Below are positions 1-13,671 of a stretch of DNA of 64,000 nt, piece by piece. The notes under the pieces are model-generated. The model did not search any database. It had not been told where the DNA came from and saw nothing but the letters and a program-made list of their open reading frames with translations. A program made the translations under genes and the position numbers. The stretch comes from Psilocybe cubensis (taxonomy: Eukaryota), in NCBI GenBank assembly GCA_017499595.2, contig CM039002.1, forward strand, positions 1,798,001-1,862,000, written 5' to 3'. Within the stretch, counting starts at the first letter, position 1; the number at the start of each line of letters is the position of its first letter.

Positions 1-472
1 CAGACCAGTCTATGGACTAATAAATATCATATGTCTAGAATGGTCTGGAGAGCAAATGAAGATAAGAAGAAAGTAATCTAATCTGATAAGATAGCAAAGT
101 GAAGGGGACATAGAGAGCAGTTTTAACACTCCCCCCTGTTCTGACAAGTCTCCAGAATAAAAAAATATAAAGCAAAACAGAGAAAGAAAGATTAAAGTTT
201 GAGACCCATTTTATCTCTACAAAAGTCCACTTTAGGAGGTGAGAGGGGTTTGGTAAGAATATCAGCAGCTTGCTGATCAGTAAGAATATAAGAAGGAGAA
301 ATCTTTCTAACACCAACAGCATCCCTAAGCCAATAATAGCGCAAATCAAGGTGGTTCATCCGTCCATGATGCTCGGGATTCTTGGAAACACTAATAGATG
401 ACTGGTTGTCCATATGCAGCACAGAGGGCTCAGTGACTGTGTAGCCAAACTCCTCAAGGATATTGCACATCC
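1..472 (-). mobile_element. Ty1/copia family A, 3' fragment (partial 3' LTR 1-128, PPT, RNase H C-terminus), cut at 472 by another copy
   Basis: LTR ends ...ttttaaca at 128, followed by ctcccccctgttc (reverse complement of the PPT). The ORF ends in the copia RNase H motif ADILTKPL. Confidence 0.92.
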
Positions 473-2459
473 TGTTTAAGCAGGCGAGCTCGGGGCAGTG
501 TGAGCTACTCGGCGACCTAGTTATAGAACGTAGGGCGCAGGGATAAGCGAGCACAAAGCGTCTGAAGTCCGAAGTGAGTAACTGGGTGAATTGAGCAAAG
601 TGCTAACAAACTAACCTGAAGTCCGAAGTGAGTAACTGGGGACTTCAGGATGTAAACTAGAGTGACTATATACTGTGTAGACTCAAGTACTCTGGTCTAC
701 CTAGGTCTACTCTGGTCCGGTCCAGACCAGTCTATGGACTGATAAATATCATGTGTCTAGAATGGTCTGGAGAGCAAATGAAGATAAGAAGAAAGTAATC
801 TAATCTGATAAGATAGCAAAGTGAGGGAGACATAGAGAGCAGTTTTAACACTCCCCCCTGTTCTGACAAGTCTCCAGAACAAAGAAAAATAAAACAAAAC
901 AGAGAAAGAAAGACTAAAGTTTGAGACCCATTTTATCTCTACAAAAGTCCACTTTAGGAGGTGAGAGGGGTTTGGTAAGAATATCAGCAGCTTGCTGATC
1001 AGTAGGAATATAAGAAGGAGAAATCTTTCCAATACCAACAGCATCCCTAAGCCAATAATAGCGCAAATCAAGGTGCTTCATCCGTCCATGGTGCTCTGGA
1101 TTCTTGGAAACACTGATAGATGTCTGGTTGTCCATATGCAGCACAGAGGGCTCAGTGACTGTGTAGCCAAACTCCTCAAGGATATTGCGCATCCACACAA
1201 TTTCCTTGGCTGCCTCCACTGCAGCAATGTACTCTGCCTCTGTAGTAGACAGAGTTACAACAGTTTGGAGTTTGCTTGCCCAGCCAATAGCACCTCCAGC
1301 TAGTACGGTCAAATAACCACTCGTAGAGCGTCCAGTATCTACACAATCACCATGTGCAGCATCAGTGTAGGTGACAAAGTTATCATGGCCCACAGCGCCA
1401 GAATAAGTCAACTTGTAATCCAGAGTGCCTCTGAGGTAGCGGAATAAGTGTTTAACCGCAGCCCAATGCTTAGGCCCAGGATTGGAGTTGAAGCGTGCCA
1501 GATAAGACACAGTAAAAGCAATGTCAGGACGGGTCATGGTGGCTAGATACTGCAAGGAGCCAACTGCATTGAGGTAGGGAACATTTCGCATAAATTCCAC
1601 CTCATCTCCATTCTGAGGTCCATCTGCCTTGGAGAGAACAGTGCCCACAGCCATAGGTGTTTTGACCGGATTAGAGTCAGTCATGCCATATGTATCAAGC
1701 ATATCGAGGATATACTGACGCTGATGCAAGGAAATGGTTTTAGCAGCCATATCTCGCTCAATGGCAACACCAAGTAAATACTGTGTAGGACCCAGATCAC
1801 GGAGTTCAAAACGCGCAGCTAGCTGCTTAACAGCTCTATCTATGGCAGCGTCCGATTTGGAGGCAAAGGTAATGTCATCAATGTAAATGGGAACAATAAT
1901 CTTCACATCTCCATCTGAATAGATGTAGACAGAGCGATCTGATTCTATACGCTTGAACCCCATATCTGACAATGCCTCATGCAACTTGAGATTCCATTGA
2001 CGTGCAGACTGCTTAAGACCATAGAGCGACTTTTTGAGTTTCAAAACCATGTTAGGACCACCTTGGTGAAATCCTTCAGGTTGTAACATGTAAATCTCCT
2101 CGTCAAGGTCACCTTTAGTGAAAGCAGCTGTAATATCAACAGAGCGCAACTTCAAGTCTCCAATAGCGGCCAGAGCCACAATCAAGCGGAAAGTAGCAGG
2201 GCGGAAAGTAGGAGCAAAGACCTCATGGTAATCAATGCCAGGGCGCTGACTGTAGCCCTTGGCAACAATACGAGCCTTGTAGCGCTCTATACTGCCATCT
2301 GCATTTCGCTTGATTTTAAAGACCCAACCACAGCCAATTGCCTTTTGACCCGGAGGGAGCTCAACTTGCTCCCAAGTTTGATTGTGCTGCAACAGATTGA
2401 ATTCTGTGTTAGCAGCCTCTTCCCACATGTGCGCATCAGGCGCTTTCATTGCCTGTTTA
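473..2459 (-). mobile_element. Ty1/copia family A, 3' half (3' LTR 473-850, PPT, RT-RNase H), truncated at 2459 by the next copy
   Basis: 378-bp TG...CA LTR; ORF 914-2449 has YKARIVAKG, LYGLKQ, YIDD and ADILTK motifs. Confidence 0.95.
914..2459 (-). pseudogene. pol: copia reverse transcriptase-RNase H, 5'-truncated
   Basis: 511-aa ORF with copia RT (YIDD) and RNase H motifs; upstream part replaced by an LTR. Confidence 0.93.
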
Positions 2460-2827
2460 TGTTAAAACTGCTCTCTATGTCTCCCTCACTTTGCTATCTT
2501 ATCAGATTAGATTACTTTCTTCTTATCTTCATTTGCTCTCCAGACCATTCTAGACACATGATATTTATCAGTCCATAGACTGGTCTGGACCGGACCAGAG
2601 TAGACCAGAGTACTTGAGTCTACATAGTATATAGTCACTCTAGTTTACATCCTGAAGTCCCCAGTTACTCACTTCGGACTTCAGGTTAGTTTGTTAGCAC
2701 TTTGCTCAATTCACTCAGTTACTCACTTCGGACTTCAGACGCTTCGTGCTCGCTTATCCCTGCGCCCTACGTTCTATAACTAGGTCGCCGAGTAGCTCAC
2801 ACTGCCCCGAGCTCGCCTGCTTAAACA

Positions 2828-2845
2828 GGTTATGGGCCCCGCGCT
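2828..2845 (+). promoter_or_regulatory. Primer-binding site, copia/Ty5 type (complementary to the initiator tRNA-Met anticodon arm)
   Basis: ggttatgggccccgcgct directly follows the LTR; same motif at 14057-14074 (-) and ~19588 (+). Resembles the GGTTATGGGCCC PBS of Drosophila copia. Confidence 0.85.
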
Positions 2846-3230
2846 CTAAGCGCTCCAATTCCGTGTTTTGCGAACCAAGTTGCTTTCTGCATAGTTTTCA
2901 CAAAACGGTCATTTTAGTCTTTTTTGCTTTTTATCCTCTACCAGGCCCGGCCATACATTGCCGCTGCTAGTAGGGTTGAACGAGCACGCCTTATGCGACT
3001 TGTTAACCTCGGTTGAGCGGGCCCCCGTCGCCTAATCCCCGAGTTATTTCTAGTTAAAAGTAACCCTTTTAAATTAGGCTAGTTTAACTTTGTCTTTTCA
3101 ACTTGCGTTCGCATCGCACCCCGAGCTCCGGGTAACGCCTAGTTCGTTTCCACACATCATTACACATCCCCACACATTACTACCAACACTCGTATCCATC
3201 CGCTTACGCGTTCCTTCGCAATTCGCAATA

Positions 3231-4858
3231 ATGACTTCTGATCCCCAAATCACTCTATTGAACTCAACCAACTACAACACCTGGGCAGGCCAGATGACCG
3301 CCTATCTCCAGTCTAAAGGGATATGGCGCATTGTCAGCGGTGCTAGAGCACAGCCAACGCTCTCAGACAAGCCCACTGCTCAGGAGGAAGCTTTGCTTGA
3401 AACCTATTTTGAGCAGAGAGACAAAGCATGTGGTTTGATCTATCTCAGTTTGGAGAATGATCAGAGGGTTCATGTGGAAGCCATCATAGATGATCCTATC
3501 AAGATGTGGGATGCCCTCGCCGCTGTACATCAGCAAAAGCGCCCTGGCAACCGCTTTAATGCATATGATGATCTGTTCTCAATCCAAAAGGAGGAAGGTG
3601 AAAACCTTCAAACCCTAATCAATAGAGTTGAGCAAGCCATGTTGCTAATTCAGCAGCTTCGCCCTAAGGGGTTTGATCTGGCTAAGCTTGATGAAGAGCT
3701 TGCTTCGCTTGCTCTGGTCAGGGCACTCCCAGAAGAGTACAGTTCATTTGCATCCTCACTTCTCCTTTTGGACAAGTTGGACAAGGCTACAATTCATCAA
3801 GCCTTTGTCACAGAGGATATACAGCGACGTCGCCGCGCTTCGGAGTTGCCTGCACTCGCCACCGCGTTCCAGACCACTCCAGCCCCTTCTGCATCCAAGC
3901 CCAAGTGCGCATTTTGTGATATGACCAACCATGCAATGGACAAGTGTCACAAGTTTATTGCTGCGCAAAAGGATGCAAAGGAGCGTGTCAAAGCGGCTCG
4001 CAAAGGCAATAGAGCGCACAAGGCCTCAGAGGCATCTAGTGAGGAAAAAGAGTCCAAGGACATGGAATTTGCTGGAAATGCAAGTGCTCTTAATACCGAT
4101 GTTCCCTCTTCCATTTCACCCCAAACTAATGACGATTGGATTGCAGACACAGGGGCGACTTCTCATATGACGCCCCATCGCAATTGGGTTAGAAATTACA
4201 CCCCCCTTCGCATTCCAATCCGATTAGCAGATGAACGAGTTATTTATTCTGCAGGGGTGGGCACTGTGTTCTTTGAACCAGTTGTGAATGGAATAAAGTC
4301 AAGAGGCGTCGAGTTAACTAGAGTTTTACATGTACCAGATCTCCGAAACAATCTACTGTCTGTTCTATATCTCACAAAGCACAAAGGCTTCAAAATCACT
4401 ATTGATGCTAATCTGATGGAGTTTCATCGCAAAGGAGCTTGTCTCTTCTCTGCAGATGTTAGTACATCAAACTGCGCTTTATTGAACGGTTATACAGTCC
4501 CTATTTCGGAGTCTGCCTTCATTTCCTCCAATTCCACTCTACCCCTTGATATCAGTCTTTGGCATCGTCGCTTTGCTCATCATAGCTACACTGACATCCA
4601 GAAGATGATTAGAGAGGGTATGGTCACCGGACTCAAGCTGAATTCACAGCAACAGCCTGACCCCATTTGTGAACCTTGCCTTGCAGGCAAGATGCATTCC
4701 AACCCATTTCCTTCTTCACCAAGCATGTCAGATGTTCCGCTTGCGCTTATCTTCTCAGATCTGAAAGGTCCTATCTCGCCCCCTACTCCTGAAGGCTATC
4801 GCTACTGGATAACCTTTATTGATGACCATACAAAGAGTAGAGCTGCTGTGCTTCTTAA
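3231..4858 (+). pseudogene. gag: copia Gag (CCHC knuckle), protease (DTG), GAG-pre-integrase and start of integrase; interrupted
   Basis: MTSDPQI start at 3231; CAFCDMTNHAMDKC, WIADTGATSHM, LWHRRFAH...CEPC. Confidence 0.93.
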
Positions 4859-7800
4859 TGTTGAAGCAGGCGAGCTCGGGGCAGTGTGAGCTACTCGGCG
4901 ACCTAGTTATAGAACGTAGGGCGCAGGGATAAGCGAGCACGAAGCATCTGAAGTCCGAAGTGAGTAACTAAGTGAATTGAGCAAAGTGCTAACAAACTAA
5001 CCTGAAGTCCGAAGTGAGTAACTGGGGACTTCAGGATGTAAACTAGAGTGACTATATACTATGTAGACTCAAGTACTCTGGTCTACCTAGGTCTACTCTG
5101 GTCCGGTCCAGACCAGTCTATGGACTGATAAATATCATGTGTCTAGAATGGTCTGGAGAGCAAATGAAGATAAGAAGAAAATAATCTAATCTGATAAGAT
5201 AGCAAAGTGAGGGAGACATAGAGAGCAGTTTTAACACTCCCCCCTGTTCTGACAAGTCTCCAGAACAAAGAAAAATAAAGCAAAATAGAGAAAAAAAGAT
5301 TAAAGTTTGAGACCCATTTTATCTCTACAAAAGTCCACTTTGGGAGGTGAGAGGGGTTTGGTAAGAATATCAGCAGCTTGCTGATCAGTAGAAATATAAG
5401 AAGGAGAAATCTTTCCAACACCAACAGCATCCCTTAGCCAATAATAGCGCAAATCAAGGTGCTTCATCCGTCCATGGTGCTCTGGATTCTTGGAAACACT
5501 GATAGATGACTGGTTGTCCATATGTAGCACAGAGGGCTCAGTGACTGTGTAGCCAAACTCCTCAAGGATATTGCGCATCCACACAATTTCCTTGGCTGCC
5601 TCCACTGCAGCAATGTACTCTGCCTCTGTAGTAGACAGAGTTACAACAGTTTGGAGTTTGCTTGCCCAGCCAATAGCACCTCCAGCTAGAACGGTCAAAT
5701 AACCACTCGTAGATCGTCCAGTATCTACACAATCACTATGTGCAGCATCAGTGTAGGTAACAAAGTTATCATGGCCCACAGCGCCAGAATAAGTCAACTT
5801 GTAATCCAGAGTGCCTCTGAGGTAGCGGAATAAATGTTTAACCGCAGCCCAATGCTTAGGTCCAGGATTGGAGTTGAAGCGTGCCAGATAGGACACAGTA
5901 AAAGCAATGTCAGGACGGGTCATGGTGGCTAGATACTGCAAGGAGCCAACTGCATTGAGGTAGAGAACATTTTGCATAAATTCCACCTCATCTCCATTCT
6001 GAGGTCCATCTGCCTTGGAGAGAACAGTGCCCACAGCCATAGGTGTTTTGACCGGATTAGAATCAGTCATGCCATATGTATCAAGCATATCGAGGATATA
6101 CTGACGCTGATGCAAGGAAATGGTTTTAGCAGCCATATCTCGCTCAATGGCAACACCAAGTAAATACTGTGTAGGACCCAGATCACGGAGTTCAAAACGC
6201 GCAGCTAGCTGCTTAACAGCTCTATCTATAGCAGTGTCCGATTTGGAGGCAAAGGTAATGTCATCAATGTAAATGGGAACAATAATCTTCACATCTCCAT
6301 CTGAATAGATGTAGACAGAGCGATCTGATTCTATACGCTTGAACCCCATATCTGACAATGCCTCATGCAACTTGAGGTTCCATTGACGTGCAGACTGCTT
6401 AAGACCATAGAGCGACTTTTTGAGTTTCAAAACCATGTTAGGACCACCTTGGTGAAATCCTTCAGGTTGTAACATGTAAATCTCCTCGTCAAGGTCACCT
6501 TTAGTGAAAGCAGCTGTAATATCAACAGAGCGCAACTTCAAGTCTCCAATGGCGGCCAGAGCCACAATCAAGCGGAAAGTAGCAGGGCGGAAAGTAGGAG
6601 CAAAGACCTCATGGTAATCAATGCCAGGGCGCTGACTGTAGCCCTTGGCAACAATACGAGCCTTGTAGCGCTCTATACTGCCATCTGCATTTCGCTTGAT
6701 TTTAAAGACCCAACCACAGCCAATTGCCTTTTGACCCAGAAGGAGCTCAACTCGCTCCCAAGTTTGATTGTGCTGCAACAGATTGAATTCTGTATTAGCA
6801 GCCTCTTCCCACATGTGCGCATCAGGCGCTTTCATTGCCTGTTTGAATGTGCGCGGATCTGCGCTTGAAACAAGCCCAGCAAACTCTACCTCTTCAAATC
6901 CAGGATCATTGGCTTCAGGTGGTTCAGGATCATGTAAGACCTTCCACCATTCACCAGGCTGCTTAGGAACGCGAGTAGTGCGTCTCAACGTTGCAGGATC
7001 AACTGGAGCACGCTGGCGGCGTGCAGGCTTAGGAGGAGGTGCAGGAACGGCCTCAGGCTGTGGCGGTTCAGCTGGCTGTTCAGGAGGCGCAATAGGCACT
7101 TCTGGCTCAATGACAGGACTTGGAGTAGAGTCATCCTCATCATCATCAAAATTGAAGCCATTAGAGTCCCCCCCTGAATTGAGAGGTGGTGCACTTGCAG
7201 AAGAAGTGGGAAGAAGGTCAAACTTTGGCATAGGGCCAGTGGACACCCCAGGGAAGCACCTTTCGTCGAAATCAGCTCTCTCAGAGATAATGAACCTTTT
7301 GGTGACTGGGTTGTAAAACTCCCAGCCCTTGTACCCAGTAGGATACCCAACAAAGATACACTTTTCCATATGAGGCTGCAACGATTTGCGCTTATCTCCC
7401 TGAACATAAACATATGCAAGGCAACCCCAAACCCTCAAATGACTAACATCAGGTTTGCGCTTGTTCCAGCTTTCATACGGAGTCTTGTCCGGTAGAGGAG
7501 CTGTAGGAACACGATTCCATACATGCATGTATGCTGCAACACAGCGACCCCAAAACGAAGGTGGAACACGAGCCTCATTGAGCATGGAAGTAACATGTTC
7601 TGCCATGGTGCGATTTGCACGCTCTGCAACTCCGTTCTGTTGTGGGCGATTTCGCGTTGTATGACGACGCTCAATGCCACACTGGTCAGTGAATTTGATG
7701 AAAGCATTTGACATGTATTCACCAGCTTTGTCATCCTGCAGCGCTTTGATCTTAAAGCCTAATTTGTTCTCAGCCCATGCTTTGTACGTTTGAAACGCAC

Positions 7801-10800
7801 TGAATGCATCGCTTTTGCGCTTAAGAAGCACAGCAGCTCTACTCTTTGTATAGTCATCAATAAAGGTTATCCAGTAGCGATAGCCTTCAGGAGTAGGGGG
7901 CGAGATAGGACCTTTCAGATCTGAGAAGATAAGCGCAAGCGGAACATCTGACATGCTGGGTGAAGAAGGAAATGGGTTGGAATGCATCTTGCCTGCAAGG
8001 CAAGGTTCACAAATGGGGTCAGGCTGTTGCTGTGAATTCAGCTTGAGTCCGGTGACCAGCTTCGGAGTTGCCTGCACTCGCCACCGCGTTCCAGACCACT
8101 CCAGCCCCTTCTGCATCCAAGCCCAAGTGCGCATTTTGTGATATGACCAACCATGCAATGGACAAGTGTCACAAGTTTATTGCTGCGCAAAAGGATGCAA
8201 AGGAGCGTGTCAAAGCGGCTCGCAAAGGCAATAGAGCGCACAAGGCCTCAGAGGCATCTAGTGAGGAAAAAGAGTCCAAGGACATGGAATTTGCTGGAAA
8301 TGCAAGTGCTCTTAATACCGATGTTCCCTCTTCCATTTCACCCCAAACTAATGACGATTGGATTGCAGACACAGGGGCGACTTCTCATATGACGCCCCAT
8401 CGCAATTGGGTTAGAAATTACACCCCCCTTCGCATTCCAATCCGATTAGCAGATGAACGAGTTATTTATTCTGCAGGGGTGGGCACTGTGTTCTTTGAAC
8501 CAGTTGTGAATGGAATAAAGTCAAGAGGCGTCGAGTTAACTAGAGTTTTACATGTACCAGATCTCCGAAACAATCTACTGTCTGTTCTATATCTCACAAA
8601 GCACAAAGGCTTCAAAATCACTATTGATGCTAATCTGATGGAGTTTCATCGCAAAGGAGCTTGTCTCTTCTCTGCAGATGTTAGTACATCAAACTGCGCT
8701 TTATTGAACGGTTATACAGTCCCTATTTCGGAGTCTGCCTTCATTTCCTCCAATTCCACTCTACCCCTTGATATCAGTCTTTGGCATCGTCGCTTTGCTC
8801 ATCATAGCTACACTGACATCCAGAAGATGATTAGAGAGGGTATGGTCACCGGACTCAAGCTGAATTCACAGCAACAGCCTGACCCCATTTGTGAACCTTG
8901 CCTTGCAGGCAAGATGCATTCCAACCCATTTCCTTCTTCACCAAGCATGTCAGATGTTCCGCTTGCGCTTATCTTCTCAGATCTGAAAGGTCCTATCTCG
9001 CCCCCTACTCCTGAAGGCTATCGCTACTGGATAACCTTTATTGATGACCATACAAAGAGTAGAGCTGCTGTGCTTCTTAATGTTGAAGCAGGCGAGCTCG
9101 GGGCAGTGTGAGCTACTCGGCGACCTAGTTATAGAACGTAGGGCGCAGGGATAAGCGAGCACGAAGCATCTGAAGTCCGAAGTGAGTAACTAAGTGAATT
9201 GAGCAAAGTGCTAACAAACTAACCTGAAGTCCGAAGTGAGTAACTGGGGACTTCAGGATGTAAACTAGAGTGACTATATACTATGTAGACTCAAGTACTC
9301 TGGTCTACCTAGGTCTACTCTGGTCCGGTCCAGACCAGTCTATGGACTGATAAATATCATGTGTCTAGAATGGTCTGGAGAGCAAATGAAGATAAGAAGA
9401 AAATAATCTAATCTGATAAGATAGCAAAGTGAGGGAGACATAGAGAGCAGTTTTAACACTCCCCCCTGTTCTGACAAGTCTCCAGAACAAAGAAAAATAA
9501 AGCAAAATAGAGAAAAAAAGATTAAAGTTTGAGACCCATTTTATCTCTACAAAAGTCCACTTTGGGAGGTGAGAGGGGTTTGGTAAGAATATCAGCAGCT
9601 TGCTGATCAGTAGAAATATAAGAAGGAGAAATCTTTCCAACACCAACAGCATCCCTTAGCCAATAATAGCGCAAATCAAGGTGCTTCATCCGTCCATGGT
9701 GCTCTGGATTCTTGGAAACACTGATAGATGACTGGTTGTCCATATGTAGCACAGAGGGCTCAGTGACTGTGTAGCCAAACTCCTCAAGGATATTGCGCAT
9801 CCACACAATTTCCTTGGCTGCCTCCACTGCAGCAATGTACTCTGCCTCTGTAGTAGACAGAGTTACAACAGTTTGGAGTTTGCTTGCCCAGCCAATAGCA
9901 CCTCCAGCTAGAACGGTCAAATAACCACTCGTAGATCGTCCAGTATCTACACAATCACTATGTGCAGCATCAGTGTAGGTAACAAAGTTATCATGGCCCA
10001 CAGCGCCAGAATAAGTCAACTTGTAATCCAGAGTGCCTCTGAGGTAGCGGAATAAATGTTTAACCGCAGCCCAATGCTTAGGTCCAGGATTGGAGTTGAA
10101 GCGTGCCAGATAGGACACAGTAAAAGCAATGTCAGGACGGGTCATGGTGGCTAGATACTGCAAGGAGCCAACTGCATTGAGGTAGAGAACATTTTGCATA
10201 AATTCCACCTCATCTCCATTCTGAGGTCCATCTGCCTTGGAGAGAACAGTGCCCACAGCCATAGGTGTTTTGACCGGATTAGAATCAGTCATGCCATATG
10301 TATCAAGCATATCGAGGATATACTGACGCTGATGCAAGGAAATGGTTTTAGCAGCCATATCTCGCTCAATGGCAACACCAAGTAAATACTGTGTAGGACC
10401 CAGATCACGGAGTTCAAAACGCGCAGCTAGCTGCTTAACAGCTCTATCTATAGCAGTGTCCGATTTGGAGGCAAAGGTAATGTCATCAATGTAAATGGGA
10501 ACAATAATCTTCACATCTCCATCTGAATAGATGTAGACAGAGCGATCTGATTCTATACGCTTGAACCCCATATCTGACAATGCCTCATGCAACTTGAGGT
10601 TCCATTGACGTGCAGACTGCTTAAGACCATAGAGCGACTTTTTGAGTTTCAAAACCATGTTAGGACCACCTTGGTGAAATCCTTCAGGTTGTAACATGTA
10701 AATCTCCTCGTCAAGGTCACCTTTAGTGAAAGCAGCTGTAATATCAACAGAGCGCAACTTCAAGTCTCCAATGGCGGCCAGAGCCACAATCAAGCGGAAA

Positions 10801-12280
10801 GTAGCAGGGCGGAAAGTAGGAGCAAAGACCTCATGGTAATCAATGCCAGGGCGCTGACTGTAGCCCTTGGCAACAATACGAGCCTTGTAGCGCTCTATAC
10901 TGCCATCTGCATTTCGCTTGATTTTAAAGACCCAACCACAGCCAATTGCCTTTTGACCCAGAGGGAGCTCAACTCGCTCCCAAGTTTGATTGTGCTGCAA
11001 CAGATTGAATTCTGTATTAGCAGCCTCTTCCCACATGTGCGCATCAGGCGCTTTCATTGCCTGTTTGAATGTGCGCGGATCTGCGCTTGAAACAAGCCCA
11101 GCAAACTCTACCTCTTCAAATCCAGGATCATTGGCTTCAGGTGGTTCAGGATCATGTAAGACCTTCCACCATTCACCAGGCTGCTTAGGAACGCGAGTAG
11201 TGCGTCTCAACGTTGCAGGATCAACTGGAGCACGCTGGCGGCGTGCAGGCTTAGGAGGAGGTGCAGGAACGGCCTCAGGCTGTGGCGGTTCAGCTGGCTG
11301 TTCAGGAGGCGCAATAGGCACTTCTGGCTCAATGACAGGACTTGGAGTAGAGTCATCCTCATCATCATCAAAATTGAAGCCATTAGAGTCCCCCCCTGAA
11401 TTGAGAGGTGGTGCACTTGCAGAAGAAGTGGGAAGAAGGTCAAACTTTGGCATAGGGCCAGTGGACACCCCAGGGAAGCACCTTTCGTCGAAATCAGCTC
11501 TCTCAGAGATAATGAACCTTTTGGTGACTGGGTTGTAAAACTCCCAGCCCTTGTACCCAGTAGGATACCCAACAAAGATACACTTTTCCATATGAGGCTG
11601 CAACGATTTGCGCTTATCTCCCTGAACATAAACATATGCAAGGCAACCCCAAACCCTCAAATGACTAACATCAGGTTTGCGCTTGTTCCAGCTTTCATAC
11701 GGAGTCTTGTCCGGTAGAGGAGCTGTAGGAACACGATTCCATACATGCATGTATGCTGCAACACAGCGACCCCAAAACGAAGGTGGAACACGAGCCTCAT
11801 TGAGCATGGAAGTAACATGTTCTGCCATGGTGCGATTTGCACGCTCTGCAACTCCGTTCTGTTGTGGGCGATTTCGCGTTGTATGACGACGCTCAATGCC
11901 ACACTGGTCAGTGAATTTGATGAAAGCATTTGACATGTATTCACCAGCTTTGTCATCCTGCAGCGCTTTGATCTTAAAGCCTAATTTGTTCTCAGCCCAT
12001 GCTTTGTACGTTTGAAACGCACTGAATGCATCGCTTTTGCGCTTAAGAAGCACAGCAGCTCTACTCTTTGTATAGTCATCAATAAAGGTTATCCAGTAGC
12101 GATAGCCTTCAGGAGTAGGGGGCGAGATAGGACCTTTCAGATCTGAGAAGATAAGCGCAAGCGGAACATCTGACATGCTGGGTGAAGAAGGAAATGGGTT
12201 GGAATGCATCTTGCCTGCAAGGCAAGGTTCACAAATGGGGTCAGGCTGTTGCTGTGAATTCAGCTTGAGTCCGGTGACCA
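3837..12280. repeat. Tandem duplication with a 4222-bp unit (3837-8058 and 8059-12280)
   Basis: LTR starts at 4859 and 9081, and ORF ends at 5300 and 9522, are offset by 4222. The junction ggtgacca|gcttcggag is at 8058/8059. Confidence 0.95.
5300..8058 (-). pseudogene. pol: Duplicated copia integrase-RT-RNase H segment lacking its 5' end
   Basis: Near-identical to 9522-12280; the ORF N-terminus beyond 8058 is read-through across the duplication junction. Confidence 0.9.
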
Positions 12281-13671
12281 TACCCTCTCTAATCATCTTC
12301 TGGATGTCAGTGTAGCTATGATGAGCAAAGCGACGATGCCAAAGACTGATATCAAGGGGTAGAGTGGAATTGGAGGAAATGAAGGCAGACTCCGAAATAG
12401 GGACTGTATAACCGTTCAATAAAGCGCAGTTTGATGTACTAACATCTGCAGAGAAGAGACAAGCTCCTTTGCGATGAAACTCCATCAGATTAGCATCAAT
12501 GGTGATTTTGAAGCCTTTGTGCTTTGTGAGGTATAGAACAGACAGTAGATTGTTTCGGAGATCTGGTACATGTAAAACTCTAGTTAACTCGACGCCTCTT
12601 GACTTTATTCCATTTACAACTGGTTCAAAGAACACAGTGCCCACCCCTGCAGAATAAATAACTCGTTCATCTGCTAATCGGATTGGAATGCGAAGGGGGG
12701 TGTAATTTCTAACCCAATTGCGATGGGGCGTCATATGAGAAGTCGCCCCTGTGTCTGCAATCCAATCGTCATTAGTTTGGGGTGAAATGGATGAGGGAAC
12801 ATCGGTATTAAGAGCACTTGCATTTCCAGCAAATTCCATGTCCTTGGACTCTTTTTCCTCACTGGATGCCTCTGAGGCCTTGTGCGCTCTGTTGCCTTTG
12901 CGAGCCGCTTTGATACGCTCCTTCGCATCCTTTTGCGCAGCAATAAACTTGTGACACTTGTCCATTGCATGATTGGTCATATCACAAAATGCGCACTTGG
13001 GCTTGGATGCAGAAGGGGCTGGAGCGGTCTGGAACGCGGGTGGCGAGTGCAGGCAACTCCGAAGCGCGGCGACGTCGCTGTATGTCCTCTGTGACAAAGG
13101 CTTGATGAATTGTAGCCTTGTCCAACTTGTCCAAAAGGAGAAGTGAGGATGCAAATGAACTGTACTCTTCTGGGAGTGCCCTGACCAGAGCAAGCGAAGC
13201 AAGCTCTTCATCAAGCTTAGCCAGATCAAACCCCTTAGGGCGAAGCTGCTGAATTAGCAACATGGCTTGCTCAACTCTATTGATTAGGGTTTGAAGGTTT
13301 TCACCTTCCTCCTTTCGGATTGAGAACAGATCATCATATGCATTAAAGCGGTTGCCAGGGCGCTTTTGCTGATGTACAGCGGCGAGGGCATCCCACATCT
13401 TGATAGGATCATCCTTGATGGCTTCCACATGAACCCTCTGATCATTCTCCAAACTGAGATAGATCAAACCACATGCTTTGTCTCTCTGCTCAAAGTAGGT
13501 TTCAAGCAAAGCTTCCTCCTGAGCAGTAGGCTTGTCTGAGAGCGTTGGCTGTGCTCTAGCACCGCTGACAATGCGCCATATCCCTTTAGACTGGAGATAG
13601 GCGGTCATCTGGCCTGCCCAGGTGTTGTAGTTGGTTGAGTTCAATGGAGTGATTTGGGGATCAGAAGTCAT
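9522..13671 (-). CDS. pol: copia Gag-Pol polyprotein (gag-PR-IN-RT-RH) with a single frameshift near 13040
   Basis: ORFs 12982-13671 and 9522-13229 overlap. There is an extra G (ggaacgcgggtgg versus ggaacgcggtgg in the sister copy). Domain order is PR-IN-RT-RH. Confidence 0.92.

Noticed and set aside
35-349. Recurrent hydrophobic 95-104-aa ORF overlapping the pol end and LTR (possible env-like gene)
   Set aside because: Non-ATG start in a T-rich alternative frame; its recurrence simply follows element copy number.
5300-8158. 952-aa Pol with a novel N-terminus
   Set aside because: The first ~33 residues are antisense gag read across the duplication junction.
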